Assembly: GCF_036321535.1 (NCBI RefSeq)
Contig: NC_087472.1
Coordinates: 96,102,001 to 96,166,000 of the forward strand
Origin: Camelus dromedarius
Taxonomy: Eukaryota
Reading direction: 5' to 3'
DNA length: 64,000 bases
The notes under the pieces were generated by a model that worked only from the letters and a program-made list of their open reading frames with translations, did not search any database and was not told where the DNA came from. Position 1 is the stretch's first letter. The number at the start of each line of letters is the position of its first letter. This document shows positions 37,180 to 50,949 of this stretch, piece after piece. The position numbers were made by a program, and so were the translations under genes.

Positions 37180-39772
37180 AAGAATGTACAGAAGTTGAAC
37201 TGTTAAAGTGATTGATCTACCTTTGATAAAAATTTTCCATGTTATCCGTCATTATTATGTTCTACTGATAATTGGCTCTGTTGAAACATGGACTGCACCC
37301 AATTTATAAACCACCACTAAGTTTTTTGAAGCACTTTTCCTCTTATCAAAGTCTGATCATTGTAGGGGTATATTCTAAATTTAGGTTTATACTCCAGAGC
37401 CCAACTTTCCTTTGCTACTGATTTTACTTTAATAATTAAGGCACCTGTTAACCACTTAATAACAGTTTGTTGTTGGAGAGTGGCAAGTGGAAATCTTAAA
37501 TTTGTGTTTCTTTTGATGTGTTTTAGTCATTTCTGTTGATCTTTAGCTTTGCTAATATCTTCCTATTTCAAATGGTACAAATTCTGTTTCTCCCAGTACC
37601 CAAAACATATCACCCCAAACTACTCATGGGTCACTGTTGCTACAAGCGTCAGCACATTGAGGCAGTTGAGTTGCTTAGCTAACTTTAAGTGCATGAAAGA
37701 CTTGAGAGATTCCCCTTCAGAGGACAGGCTCCTTCTCCCACCTGTTACCAATTCAATAAAGTTTAGAGGAAACAGGACTCAATAACAAAACATTATCTTA
37801 AAAAAAAAAAGTAGTTAGCAGAGTCGTTCTCATTGGATTAGCTGAGGCACACACTGATTCCCCAAACTCACTTGAACTGGACCTAGAGATGCGGGAAAGG
37901 AAATTTCGGGGTAAAGGACCATAGAGGTTTACTGCAAGTTCTGGAATGTGAGCTTATGTTCTGAATGTCATTCTCTGTAAATACAAATTTTATTTAAATC
38001 AGCAATTATCTAAAATGCCCTTTTTGTAATGAACTGTGCTCTGGGTTTAACATGGCCCTTGAGAAGTTGTGGACAAGTGTTGCTGTCTACATGTGTTTGT
38101 CTATATATTACTTACAGTGAAGGTTGTTTATGGTGATCTGGGTTAGCTCTGCCTACCCAGATTGACTGCCTACTTCATGCTGAGCTCTGAGCGCTGCGGT
38201 ACTTTGTGATCTAGAGATTCTAGAAGAGACCAACCCTCAAAGAGATGGCTTTCATACAGGTTGATAAGGGCACAGCGTGCAAAGCAGGTGTGACCAGGTA
38301 CAGTGGGGGCAGAAAGGAGAAAGAGGTGAACTCCTTGGGAGCGAGTCCATGTTTGCCAAGGGGATGTTGAGTAGAAACCTGACTTGTCCTCACTTTATCT
38401 CTGGTCTCTAACACAAAGCCTGGCATAGCCCTTGAAGGAAAGGACATGGGAAACTTGCATACTTGAACACAGGACTTTAAAGCCGTCTACGCTTTAGATC
38501 CTTGTAAGGATATTGAGGGTACAATGGAATCATTCAAGTGGGAGTTTTTCTGAAAGGTATACCTGTAGGTTTTCCACCTGCCTTTTTTTTTCCCCCATTG
38601 GAATAAAATGTAAGAAAGAGGAGTAAATAGAATTAAATAACACTGATAAAGAAATTAGAGAAGAAATTGCAGAAAATTAGCTAGGTTTTATGACAGAGCT
38701 TATGTCTTAGGAATGTAATCTTCCTTTGTTACCTTTACTTTTTTACCATGGTGTTTGGGTTTGAGATGTTTCTGAGAATTCATCTTTCAGTTATTACAGT
38801 GTTTATTCTTGATCCTTGACTTGTTTTTCGTCCTTTGCTGTTTTCTTGTTTGAACATGATGCTAGGTGACTCATAAAATTGACTGTCAAAAAAGGGAAAC
38901 TGAATGGCCTTGGGTGATATGGTGTAACAGCCCTCTTTGGAGACCCAACTCTTGAGGGATGCGGACTCCTTGTGGGCAAGGATGTGCCCTCATAAATCCT
39001 CAATTCTTAGATGATGCCTAGGCAGACCCTCTGGGCCCAGTAGATACTCCATAAAACCCTTTCTAACAAGGGCCAGCCACCCGGAAAGCTGTCTACTTAA
39101 GTATTTGGTTCATGACCTTGGTCAGGTTCTTCTAGGAGTGCATTCTGCTGTCAGAAGGAAGTTGTAATTCTAGCCCGCAATAGTCACCTCCATGAAGATG
39201 GAGGTACCACAGATCAACTGAGAAGGCCTTGGAAACAAAAAAAAAGGCTGGTTCAATATGCCTCGTTTGCAGGAGTTCATTTTGGGCTTCACTTCAGAGT
39301 GGAGCAGTGCCAAGAGACTGCTGTCTTGCAGAAGGTGCATTATGTCAGTTGGGAGGTAGGGGGCTCATCTGCTAGTGCTTGAAAAGATGACCAGATTTCC
39401 GGAGACCTCATTGGCTTTCTTTACTAGCATCACATGTAGTTAGCTACTCACACAGCATACATTTTAAAAGCAAGATACTTACTGTGCTATGTTAGTGGAA
39501 ATAAACAAACATGAGCTTCCCTGGGCATTTACTGTGGTCAACTGGAATTCTGCCCAAGGTTATTATTAGACATTTTCCCGCTGGTCTTGTTCCAAATGCA
39601 ACATCCATTTCTTGCAGATTGAAAATAGTCAGGCATATTGAACATGGGATCGATGAACTCGTTTCTTCCATTCTTTTAAGTTTATTTTTTCACTATTCCT
39701 TCAACCCCCATTTACCTAATGCTAAACTTTTTATGGAAGCAATTAATGTAAATCAAATATAAGAAGATGGAA

Positions 39773-39877
39773 GGGGTAGGGGGTATAGCTCAGTGATAGA
39801 GTGCGTGCTTGGTATGCACGAGGTCCTGAGTTCAATCCCCAGTACCTCCACTAAGAAACTAACAAAAACGAACAAAG
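39773..39877 (+). mobile_element. Short tRNA-Ala-derived SINE or tRNA retrocopy
   Basis: 39779-39850 follows tRNA-Ala(AGC) along its whole length but with a mutated A box, B box and anticodon; followed by an A-rich tail. Confidence 0.85.
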
Positions 39878-40452
39878 CCTCTTTGCTGTTCTTTGTTTTA
39901 TTTTGGTATTTGAGTGTATAGAAATGAAAAGGGTGAATGGGTCCTCATTCAGGCAGTGAGGGGGATTTAAAGTATTCAGTGATGCTGGGCTTTAGAAGGT
40001 AACTGACAGAAAACTTAGTCCCTGGCCAACATTATCCACAGTTAGCCAGCTGGTTAGCATGTACAGCATGCACAGCAATGCACCAGGTGCTGTGGAGAGA
40101 AATAAAAGAAGGAATTCAAAGCCCCTGCCCTTGAAGATCATTTTCATTTAGCAGGAGGCAGTAGTTTGGTTAGTGGAAGCATGCCAGGATGCTGAAATCC
40201 CTTAAGAGAGCTGTTTTGCAAGTTTGACTTTAATATATTATACTTTCTACCACTTTTAAGCTATATTTTATCCATTGAGCACAAGTACCTCCCAGCAGGG
40301 AGAACTCCATTATCCTGATCCCCAAGTTAAGACAAGTCCCTGCATTTGAAGAAAAGATGCAACTTATCCCAAAACATTTTTGGACATGGAAAGGATCAGT
40401 TTTTGAGGGGATCTTAAGCCCCTACTGTGAGTGGCACACTCCAGCCTCTAGA

Positions 40453-40732
40453 GTAGCACTGTCCAGTGGAAATACAGTGTAATTTAAAATTTTCCAGTAG
40501 CCACAGTTTAAGAACTTTTCTTTTTAAGAGTGAAATGAATTTTAACACATTTAAGTTAATCTAATATATCTAAAATATTATCATTTCAAATGTAATGAAT
40601 ATAAAAATGATTAATGAGGTATTTTATATTCTTTTCTTCCTACCAAGTCTGAAATCCAGTGTGTATATTACACTTGCAACACATGTCAGTTCAGATTAGT
40701 CAGTTTCAAGTGCTCAGTAACCACATGTGGCT
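40453..40732. mobile_element. MER33/MER3-like hAT-Charlie element
   Basis: gcactgtccagtggaaata...atatatctaaaatattatcatttca...tttcaagtgctcagtaaccacatgtggct. Confidence 0.8.
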
Positions 40733-40894
40733 TTAGAGGGAGCTTAGACACCTGCCCAGCCTGAGCTCTGAGAAGCCACAATGATAAATTCATTTCATGT
40801 TGCATAGCACACACATGCATATATTTACTCATAACTAAAAAAAAAACCTTCCTTCATATTTTGCACTCATATATTCTATGCTCTCCTATTCTGT

Positions 40895-41980
40895 TTTAGT
40901 TAGGCAGCTGTTGCAGTAATCTACATGCGAATTAGTAAGTTTGAAGTTAGGGATGGGATAGTCGAGAAGGAGAGAACTGAATGGATATAGGAGACATTAA
41001 GGAGCTAAATGCCCCAGGATTTGTAACTGAGTCTGAGGGTGCAGCAGTATCAGGAAGACTTGAGTTTTCTGGCTCCAGTGTGTACCTTCACTGAGATGGG
41101 GGGACCAGGGAATAGCAGTTTGTGAGAATTAACGTTAGGGATACCATGGAGACTTCTATTTGACGGTGTCAATTTTTTTTTATGTTTGTTTTATGAGGAG
41201 GAGGTAATTAGGTTTATTTATTTATTTATATGTGGAGGAGGTACTGGGTATTGAACCCAGGACCTCATGCATGCTAAACATGCACCTTACCACTTGAGCT
41301 GTACCCTCCCCCTGAAGATGTCTAGTTCATGTTTGGTTTGGGAACTCAGAAGAGAGTTCTGAGCTGGAGCTGCAGATCTGAGAGACATCAGCATGGAAGA
41401 GATGGAAGTGAAATTGAGGCAGTGAAATTGATGGGAGCAAAATTGAGTCAGACAGTTTCTGGACTGATGAAAGAAATGGATGGAAATGGTTAACTAGCAA
41501 GAGTGCCTCCAGATAATCCTACTACAGGGTAATTCCAGAACATAACTGACCCTGAGCCATCCTATCAGGTTCTTAGAAGGAGTAAAATATTAAGAGCTGT
41601 AATTAAAGCTATTAGAAGGCTCCTTATATCTGCCCGTCTCTACATGAAATCTGGTTAAATTAATCTACTCTATCCCAGAATCTTCCTAGGTTGGAGCCCT
41701 GAGGAACACCATTTAAAGGGCCAATAGAGGAAGGATCATGAAAAGCCGACAGATACGTTAAATTTCTGGGAGATCGGGGGTGCCAAGGGCAGTGTCTAAG
41801 TTCTGTGGAGGGAACATCCAGTAGAACCCAGGGCAGCAGAGAGATCACATGAGATAATAAGGGAAAGTCTCCTTTGGATTTAGAAAGAAGAGGTCAGTGG
41901 TGATGTTTCTGTGAAGTGGTGGGAGCAGAGGCCAGATGGCAGTAGGCCTTTGGGAGGCGGGGAAGTAGGTTTGACTGGGA
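40895..41980. mobile_element. Degraded L2 interrupted by a SINE
   Basis: aggcagctgttgcagtaatc...ggagctgcagatctgagagacatcagcat...ctttggatttag..aagaggtcagtggtga. Confidence 0.55.
41172..41312 (-). mobile_element. tRNA-Ala-derived SINE (vic-1-like)
   Basis: gaggtaattaggtttattt...ggtactggg.attgaacccaggacctc...gagctgtaccctccccc. Confidence 0.9.
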
Positions 41981-44594
41981 GGAGAAGCATATAGAATGCT
42001 TAAGACCCAAAGGTGGATAAATCAGGCTTTAAGATAGAGGCTAGCTTTTCTCTCTTCCTTCTTTCCTTCCATACTTTGCTCCATCCTTCTTTCCTTCCAT
42101 CCATCCAAAATAAGGCTTCTGGTTGGCTCATTCTTTTAAGATGGTAGCAAATTGCACCTCAATACAAATGAGAAAGAGCCAGTGGGAGGAGGTGAAAGTG
42201 ATGGGGAAATTGATGAAGGGAACGACTCTTAGACCGGAGAGGTTGGTCTCCAGTGCACAAGTGCAAGAATTGGCTTCAGGTGGGTAAAGAGACCCCTCTT
42301 CCACTGTGGAGGTGAGGAAGCTGCTCAGAATGTTGTGGATTAAGAGTAAGTTATAAGGGGAAGGCTATGGAAAGTTGAAAGCCCCCCAGGGTATTTCCTC
42401 TCCGCAGGCCTCTAGGCGGGGGTGGGGGTGGTAGGGGCAGGTGGAAAGACTGAGTGATTCCTGATGAGATGTGGTATTGATGAGAGGAAATGGATCTGTT
42501 CCCTTAAGCCTCTGGGGCTCCACGCCAACCCCACAAATCAAGGCAGATCTAGACCTGTAGCTCCAGGGGAAACTGGACTGGTGCACAGTGAAAGGGCTGG
42601 GGGCTGGCAAGACATGTATGCTGCAGCTTAGTCTCTGCTTGCAGGAGCCCACAATCTCAGTCCCACATCAGTTTGTTTTGCCATTCAATTAATTATTGCG
42701 TCGTCTTAAGCAAACCACTTCTCCTCTGTGGACCTCAGTTCTATCACCCACTATGAGTTTGATGGATGACTTATGGATGATCTTTTCTGGTTCCAAGACT
42801 GTGATTCTAGCTTCCATAGCCGTGGAACATGGTTCACCAGTGTGCTCTCTTTGATCTGATGCTCCTATCAAAAATCAGGGCTGCCTTATTCTTCACCTCC
42901 TTTTGGTTTTCTCCATTTAGAGTAAAAATAGGTTGAATGATCTTATGGTAAGACACATTGGCTAAACATGCATAACAAACATTCAGAAAATACTTTGAAA
43001 CTTTATATTAATGTCGTACAAACCACTTTTGTTGACTTCAGCTTTATTCTTCAGATGCTTCTTCAGAAATGCTGAATATATTTGAAATCATATGTTGAAT
43101 GTTCTAATCATTGTTAAAAGAAACCTGTGTTGAATCTCTTTTCAATGTGAACAGTAGCCTCCTAATTGATCTATTTCATAATGCTGAAGTTCAAAATACT
43201 GACTTTTCTTGGAGGCATAGCAGTATGGCGTTGAACTCCAGGGCCCTTTCTCTAAAACGCTGCTGCCCATCTAAGAATGCTATTGGGGGTTCAAGTCCAA
43301 CAGTGGGTCAGACCATAGTCCTGCAACTCTTGCATCTTTCACTGGTGCCTACGTGAAGCTTCCCAGTGCCCCTTAGTGAACTAAATGCAGAAAGATTTAT
43401 TCCATCTGATCACTGGAAGCAGGCTGAAAAGGAGAAAGCAAGGAAGAGAGGAACAAACTAAGTCATTGCAAGCTAGGCCTATTTTCTTCCAATAATCTCC
43501 CAGGTAACAGCCTCTGCCTTGCTAGGATCTGATTACCCGTTGCTGGCCTCAGACCATAGCATTATTGTTTTAACATTCCTACCTTCCTCTTTATCCCAGC
43601 ATGAATCAGGTTGTATGGGAGGCTGGGGAAGCTGACCCTGTTTGGGGATAAAGAGACAGTTTAGCACTCAACAATCCTGAAGGCACACTTGATAACACAG
43701 TTATTAGAAAATCAAGCAGCAAGCCCTTGTAGTGTGCGACTGTGTAATAATGTGCTGGCCCACACGGGGCCAGCCCATTGAGCGGGATTCATTTTCATAT
43801 AATCTCCCTCCCGCCCAAGTCTTTGACTTGGCATTTTTTGTTTTCCACTCAGTAATTCATGCACACTGAACCTCATGTCAGTGTAAAAGGATGCTGAGGG
43901 CTATTTAAACTGGCATTTAAGAAAAATAACAATAATAATAGGCTAATGGAAACATCATGAATGAGGTGGACAGCCCATTGCCAGCCAAATGTTGTTGAAA
44001 GCCCGTTCCTGGTGCTCACAAGCTTCAGTGCTGCATCTCTAGTGGGCCTGAGATCGACTGTGGGTCCAGTCACATAATAATAAATTCCATTGTACCTCCA
44101 AATTGTTTAGTTATAAGGTCATTGTTCTATACTGGCTTCAAGGCTAGAGGTCTCACTTATTTTTTCCCATGGGCAAAGGGGGAATTGAACAACTATTGAC
44201 GAAGCACACTGTGTTCGGCGCTGTGCCAGATGCTTTATATGGGTTATGTCATTTAACCAGGTTGCAGACCTGTGAAATGAAAAGTACTATTCCCCATGCT
44301 AGAAATAAACACAGCATTAAGTAATTCCTCAAACTAACGGATAAAGCTGGGATTTCAAATTAGGTTTATCTGACTTCTCACCCCCCCCCCCCCCGTTTCT
44401 ACTACACACAATTCTCCCACGTAAGTGAGCAGAGAATCACCTGCTCAAGCTCCCAGGTGAGTCAGAAACAAGATGTGTTGGGATGCACTTTGAGAAGGGC
44501 TGTATTTAGCTGTCCCCATGTCACATTTTCTGCTTTTAGGACCAGGAATGGAAACGATCAGATGTCTAGGCTCTTGGTAGTAAATTAAGAAATT

Positions 44595-45088
44595 CCAAGT
44601 AAATATATTTGACCCAGCACTTCTACTCTGAGGAAATTTGTACATCCAGTCACCAAAGACTAGTATTAGGATGTTCTTAGCAGCATTATTCATAGTAACC
44701 CCAAAGTGGAAACCACCCAAATGCCCAGCAGAGGCAGAATAAGTAAATTGTAGTATACTCACACAATGTAATAATACACAGCAATGAGAATGAAGAATCT
44801 ACAACCACCTGCAAAAATAGGAATGAATTGCACGAATGTAATATTGAGTGAAAGAAGCCAGACACAAAATAATATACACTCATGATACCATTTCTATTAA
44901 GCATTTTAAAAGTAGGCAAACTAATCTATGATGTTAGAAGTCGGGACAGTGGAAGAAGCACAGGATGTATGCTAGCCTTGGTTGGTTACTTGATGGGGAT
45001 GTTTTGTGTTTTCAGCTTGTGAAAGTTCACTGTCGCACACTTAGGAGATACGCACGCTTCTGTATGTATATTATTCTTTAATACTAAG
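44595..45088 (+). mobile_element. Old L1M 3' fragment
   Basis: tttgacccagcacttctactctgagga...gcagcattattcatagtaacccca..tggaaaccacccaaatg...gaaagaagccagacacaaaa. Confidence 0.8.
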
Positions 45089-46506
45089 TTTAGAGGTTTT
45101 CTGACCACTGTAATAGAAAGTACACTCTGAAACATATTTCTCATTTCCAAATAGTTCTGGTGGTCTCTTGGTTACAATCTAAGGAATGGTATCAGATCCT
45201 ATCTACAATTACAGCTCTTGGCTGCTAAAAGAGCTTCAAATGTGCTTAGTCCTTCCAGGAGTCAGTATACGCAGCCCCAAGGAGAATGTAGACAAACCCT
45301 TGAACTAAACTGGCCTTGTTTCTAGGACCATTCCAGCCCTAGTCAGGTAATCTTGTGAATTAAAATCCGTGGGGCCCAGGCTATATGCATTTTCTAACAG
45401 TGGTCTACCTTCACAGTTTCTAAACTCAGAAGGAAGTGTATGGAATTGGTTAGTAGCAAGGGTGCCTCAGGATAATTCTGCAAATTGTAGAAAATAACTG
45501 ACCCTAAGCCAGCCTGCCAGGTTTTTTTTTTTTTCCTACCAGGTTTTTAAAGGGAAGAAAACTGAAGAGTTGTAATTAAAGCAATTAGAATCCTCCCTGT
45601 ATCTGCCTATCTCTATATGAGATCTGGTTTAATTAATCTACTGTACTGTACAGTCTTCCAGGATGTTACCTCGAGAAAAAACATTTAGAAAGTCAATAGA
45701 AGACAGGTCATGAAAAGAAGACAGAGAGGTATTTTTCAAATAGATGAGAGATCTGGGTGCAACAGCAAAGCAGTTACCTCATTGGGAGGCACACTTACAC
45801 AGTTTTTCTGTGTGTGTGTATATATATATATTTTTTTTTCTTATTAAAGAAGTCATCCACTTTGCAGAATCAATCTTCCTGGGAACATCTTTGGAAAATC
45901 TTTCTTCATTGGAACATCTTTAGTGGCTTAGGGAAAAAAAGGGTTTATTATTGAAACAGAATTTAGTAAATACCTCAAGCTAAGACATGTTAGAAATATC
46001 TGTACCTCCATCCAACTGTATAGCAAACCTCCCACACTGCATAATTTGTTCTAATGCTTGTTTCTTCCAGTCTTCAGCAATGTTTTCTATATGTCTTCCA
46101 AATATATTTGCTGACAAAGGGATGCATTTTACTTTGGCATCAATCTTTTCCTACACATTAGAGCAGCCAGTTTTACTGTGGCACGAAGAGCAGGTGCTTC
46201 TGCAATGGTATGAGACTTTTGGGTTTTCTCTGAATTGTAGCAACTCGAAAAAGGCTTCTAAACATTTATCGTTACTTGGAGTGGCATTTTGTGAAGGGCG
46301 GGATTGAGTATCACGTGTCTTGAAACACTGCTGAAAAAAATCCTAGAGGTTTCTCTTCTTGTTCTGGGTGCTTCATTTTTAAGTATCGTGGGAATTATAA
46401 TAGCTTCACACCATCATTACCTAATATCTCAAGGTACAATATATGCTCCAGGTGACGTTTAATGCTGCTAGCACATATTTCAAATGGTCTTCTTGTGATC
46501 ATTTTC

Positions 46507-46622
46507 TTTTTTAAAAATTTATGTATATTTTTCTTATTGAAGTATAGTCAGTTGACAATTTTGTGTCAGTTTCTGGTGTACAGCACAATGCTTCAGCCAT
46601 ATAGGAACATACATATATTCAC
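46507..46622 (-). mobile_element. Short lineage-specific L1 3' end
   Basis: tattgaagtatagtcagtt..tttctggtgtacagcacaatg; perfect 13-bp TSD tgtgatcattttc at 46494-46506 and 46623-46635. Confidence 0.9.
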
Positions 46623-47843
46623 TGTGATCATTTTCGATTCAGCTGTCTTTTTGTCAACTCTGATTAGGTCGTTATTGTTCACACTTGATAATGCTTCGGA
46701 TGCAGAACTTATACAAAGGGTCGAAGGAAGGGTCTGCTCTGCCACTTTCTTGTTGTTTGCTGTGCTTCTATTATTTTTGCTTTCCTATTTCACTGCCGGA
46801 AATGTTTTAAGCCGCCGGCTGATTTTGTGAGCCTTTCTTGAGTTAAAACTAGGTATCATCCACAAATGTACGGATATGGGCCCAGGTGAACTGTATTATA
46901 TTTCAGTAAGCTGAAAGTCAATGAAAACGTCGGGGGGCCCAGGCCACCCTTCTCTGTTGGAACAACTTGCATTCTTCCTTTGAATAACCTTGTAGACTTT
47001 ATGTTGGCAAAGTTGGGGCGCCAGTCTGTTTTCAAATTAGAATTGGGGATTAGCCATCTTTCCTTTCTTGTTTTTTAACATGAAAAGATAAATCTAGGGA
47101 CAAGTGTTCCTCTCTCATGGATTGTTTTGCCCATCTGACATTAGAAAACCCTGGGCTCCATATTTTAAATCTTGCCTTTGGATCCATCCATGAGATGGGG
47201 AGCTGCATTCTCAGACTGCATATTTGGGCTCTTGTAGAAAGGCTTCTCTGAACTGCTCTTTGGTTCTGGGGCTCCGCCTTGCAGGGAGGGTGTTACAGAG
47301 ACAAACATCAAAAACAGGATTGTCTTTATCAAGGGACTATCATTGAGTATGTTGGTGTCGCTGTGGCAATGCCCAGCATGCCCATTATAAAGGCACCATG
47401 GGAGGAATTTATAAAAACTTGACATCAGGAAATTCTGTGCTTCTCCTCAACTTTTTTTTTTTTTTTTTTGCTTTAAGACAATATTAACTTTGTCTTCCTC
47501 TTTGCTTTGACTCATGGGATCTTAAAGCCATTTTTGTGGCCTGCCCCTCTGAAATGTAGAAGACTGATAGACATTCTTGTGTGCTCATTTCGCCCCTGGC
47601 TCTTTTCAAAACCCCTATTTCCACCTTAACCCTACATCTTGCAACTATTATTTTAAACTTTCAATTTCTTAAAAAGTCACTTCAAGTCCTTTAGGGAAGG
47701 AGGTGGGTATAAATAAGATATAAGATTATTATTGACATTCACGATAAATTCCTTAAGCTCAATTGCCTAAGAAAAAGATGATTTCGGGTGTGGAACTTTT
47801 ATCTCTAGGTTAAACTGATTATTTTCTGTTGTTAATAGCATAT

Positions 47844-48023
47844 ATGCATTTATTGATTCTAAGACGTCATTAATTGTAAGACTCACCTCCGTTTCAAAGG
47901 TGTTAGAATGTTATAAAATGGCCAACGCGGATTTTAAGACATTTATTGTAAGACCCCTCCTAATCTCAGACATGTTAAAATGTGGAAGGGAAATGGACAG
48001 TTTAGAATCAATGTAATGTGGTA
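47844..48023. mobile_element. MER104-like TcMar-Tc2 MITE
   Basis: Terminal inverted repeats attgattctaa / ttagaatcaat. Confidence 0.65.
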
Positions 48024-48344
48024 TTATTTATAGTACTAAGCGTCTTCCAGCTATTGGAAATCCACTGCTGTGGGGTTTGGAAGGTGGCCACATGGGGAGA
48101 GTTACAGCTTATGGGTGGTCAGTGTTTTAAGGATGCCCATCTCCCTGGGGCATAATAAAAATTCTAATCCCTGATTGCTGGAAGTGCAGTAATTACTAGC
48201 CTGACCTAGATGTGGGTATTCACACATTGGCTTAAAAAATAAAACTCTAGTGAGGGGACTCTAGATAAAGTTGGAAAACATGTTTTTTAAAAGATACTTA
48301 ACATACTTTTTAAATTGTACTATTGTTTTGCTTATAAGTAACTT

Positions 48345-49250
48345 CAAAATACTTAATAGAAAAATGAGCCAAGGACAGATTATTCTCAGAAGAAAATACA
48401 AATGGCTAATAGACATTTGAAAAATGTTCACTCTTCTTAAATTTTATTTTTATTATTTTTATTTTTTTATTGAGGTATAGTCAGTTTACAATGCTGTGTC
48501 AATTTCTGCTGTACAGCACAATGCTTCAGTCATACATGAATATACATATATTCATACTGTTTCTTGTAATCAAAATTCTGTAAATTGAAATAGTGTGATG
48601 CCATTTTTGGTCTATAAAATTGATGAAGATAATACTCAGTGCCAGTGAGATGGCAGCAAGATAGGTGCCTTTATACATGTAACATGAGTGTAAATGATAC
48701 AGCTTTTATAGAAGGTAATTTACCAATATATGTTAAAATGTTCTTCAAATATTCATCTTTAAAATGTTCATATCCCTGATCTAAGTAATTCAACTCCTAG
48801 GTGTCTATTCTAAGGAGACAATCAGAGGTTCACACTTAACGTTTAGAAAATTATTTATATTAGTAAAATATAAACAACTTAATATTAAAGAACAGAAATA
48901 TTTAAAGAATTTATGGTTTTTCTATTTAGCATATTGCTTTATAGCTATCAAAATCAGTGAGAGTTCTACCGGAAATAGCCATGGCTTCTTCTCATTTTAC
49001 TGTGAACCTAAAACTGCTTTAAAAAAAGTCTATTAATAAAAAAAATAGGCTGAAGACTATTTAAATGACATGATAAAATAATCATATTGATTGAAAAAAA
49101 GATTCCAAAGTTGTTAATATATATATAAAACATATCAGAAAGCTTGAAAAAGAAATGTAGAAAGTGTTAACAATGATTGTATTTGAATTCTTGATAAGTT
49201 TTTCTTTCCTCTCTTTATTTTCCCTGAGTTCCCAATAGTATATATGATAA
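48345..49250 (+). mobile_element. Old L1ME-like fragment containing a short antisense young L1 3' end (about 48440-48555)
   Basis: gaagaaaatacaaatggctaatagacatttgaaaaatgttca ORF2 C-terminal text; insert ttattgaggtatagtcagtttacaatg. Confidence 0.7.
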
Positions 49251-49750
49251 GAAAAAGTTGAGAAACGTGGATAAGTGTATTTATTTTCTTAAGTGAGTTT
49301 AATCTTTATCAATAATCATTCTCTCTAATTCTTTCATCAATAATCATTCTCTAGTGACTTTAAATTCCCCCATTCAACAAATATTCATTGAGGACCTTGT
49401 ATATGCCAGGTACTGCCTTAGGACGTATGGATATAGCAATGAAAAGAACAGACTTAGTGGTCTGTTTCTTGGAGCTTCCATGGTAGTGGGGGAAGACTGG
49501 CCATAAATATACATTGTCTCCTCGTCTATCTACCAGGACCTCTCTTCAATTTGCACTCACACCCTCAGCTGAATGAATGAATCTAGTCTAGTGGCTTTAA
49601 ATATCATTTGTATTCTTACGGCTTTTTAATCTGTATCACTAACTTAGTCCTCTGTACCAAACTCCAGTCTTGTACAATGAAGTGCCTACCTGACATCTCC
49701 ACTTGGAGATCTAATAGGCATGTCAAACCAAATGTGTGAGAACAGAATTC

Positions 49751-50933
49751 TTTTTTTTAATTTAATGTAATTTTTCTTCCAGTTTTGTTTGAGATATAAT
49801 CGATATACAGCACTGTATAAGTTGAAGGTATACAGCATGATGATTTGACTTACATGTTATAAAATGATTCCCACAATAAGTTTAGTGAACATCCATCTTA
49901 AATAGATACAAAATTAAGGAAATTAATTTTTTATCTTTTAATTTCAATTTTTTGACTAGTATTCCATTAGATGTATATGGATATATATACCACATCTTCT
50001 TTATCCATTCATCTATTGTTGGGGCCTTCAGTTGCTTCCATATCTTGGCTGTTGCAAATAGTGCTGCAGTGAACATAGGGGTGCATGTGTCTTCTCTAAT
50101 GAGTGTTTTCATTTTCTTTGGCTAGATACCCAGGAGCAGAACTGCTGGATCATATGGTAGTTCTATTTTTAATTTTTTGAGGAACCTCCATACTGTTTTT
50201 CACAGTGGCTGCACCAATTTACATCCCCACCAACAGTGTACAAGGGTTCCCTTTTCTCCACATCCTTGCCAACATTTGTTATTTCTTGTCTTTTTGATGA
50301 TAGCCATTCTGACAGGTGTGAGGTGATATCTCATTGTGGTTTTGTTTTGCATTTCCTTGATAATTAGTGAGGTTGAGCATCTTTTCATGTGCCTGTTGGC
50401 CATTTGTATGCCTTCTTTGGAAAAATATCTGTTAGGATCCTTTGCCCATTTTTAAAATGGGTTGTTTGGGGATTTTTTTGCTGTTGAATTGTGTAAGTTC
50501 CTTGTGTATTTTGTATATTAACTCCTCATTGGATATATCATTTGCAAATATCTTCTCCCATTCAGTAAGTGACCTTTTCATTTTGTTGATAGTTTCCTTC
50601 ATTGTGCAAAAGCTTTTTAGTTTGATGTAGTCTCATTTGTTTATTTTTGCTTTGATTTCCCTTGCCTGAGAAGACATAGCCGAAAAAAATATTACTAAGA
50701 GCAATGTCAAAGAGCTTACTGCCTCTGTTTTCTACCAGTTTTATGGTTTCAGGTCTTATATATAAGTTGTTAATCCATTTTGAATTTATTTTTGTGTATG
50801 GTGTGAGAGTGGTCCAGTTTGATTCTTTTACATGTAGCTGTCTAGTTTTCCCAACACTGTTGAAGAGGCTGTTTTTTCCCCATTTGATATTCTTACCTTC
50901 TTTGTTGTAGATTAATTGCCCATATAAGTGTGG
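49751..50933 (-). mobile_element. L1 3' region (ORF2 C-terminus and 3'UTR)
   Basis: Minus ORFs 50200..50403 ([37 protein letters not shown]) and 49882..50112 (TCTPMFTAALF..AKIWKQ) are L1 ORF2 remnants. Confidence 0.95.
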
Positions 50934-50949
50934 GTATGAGAATGGAATT

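Noticed and set aside
39779..39850. Apparent tRNA gene (tRNA-Ala-like)
   Set aside because: A box (TGA for TGG), B box and anticodon loop are mutated, CpGs are decayed, and it has a G-rich leader and A-rich tail like the other SINE copies.
49304..49352. Short direct repeat atcaataatcattctct (2 copies) and similar micro-duplications at about 3620, 4725, 8026 and 20408
   Set aside because: Ordinary slippage duplications of two units with no spacer structure; not CRISPR-like.
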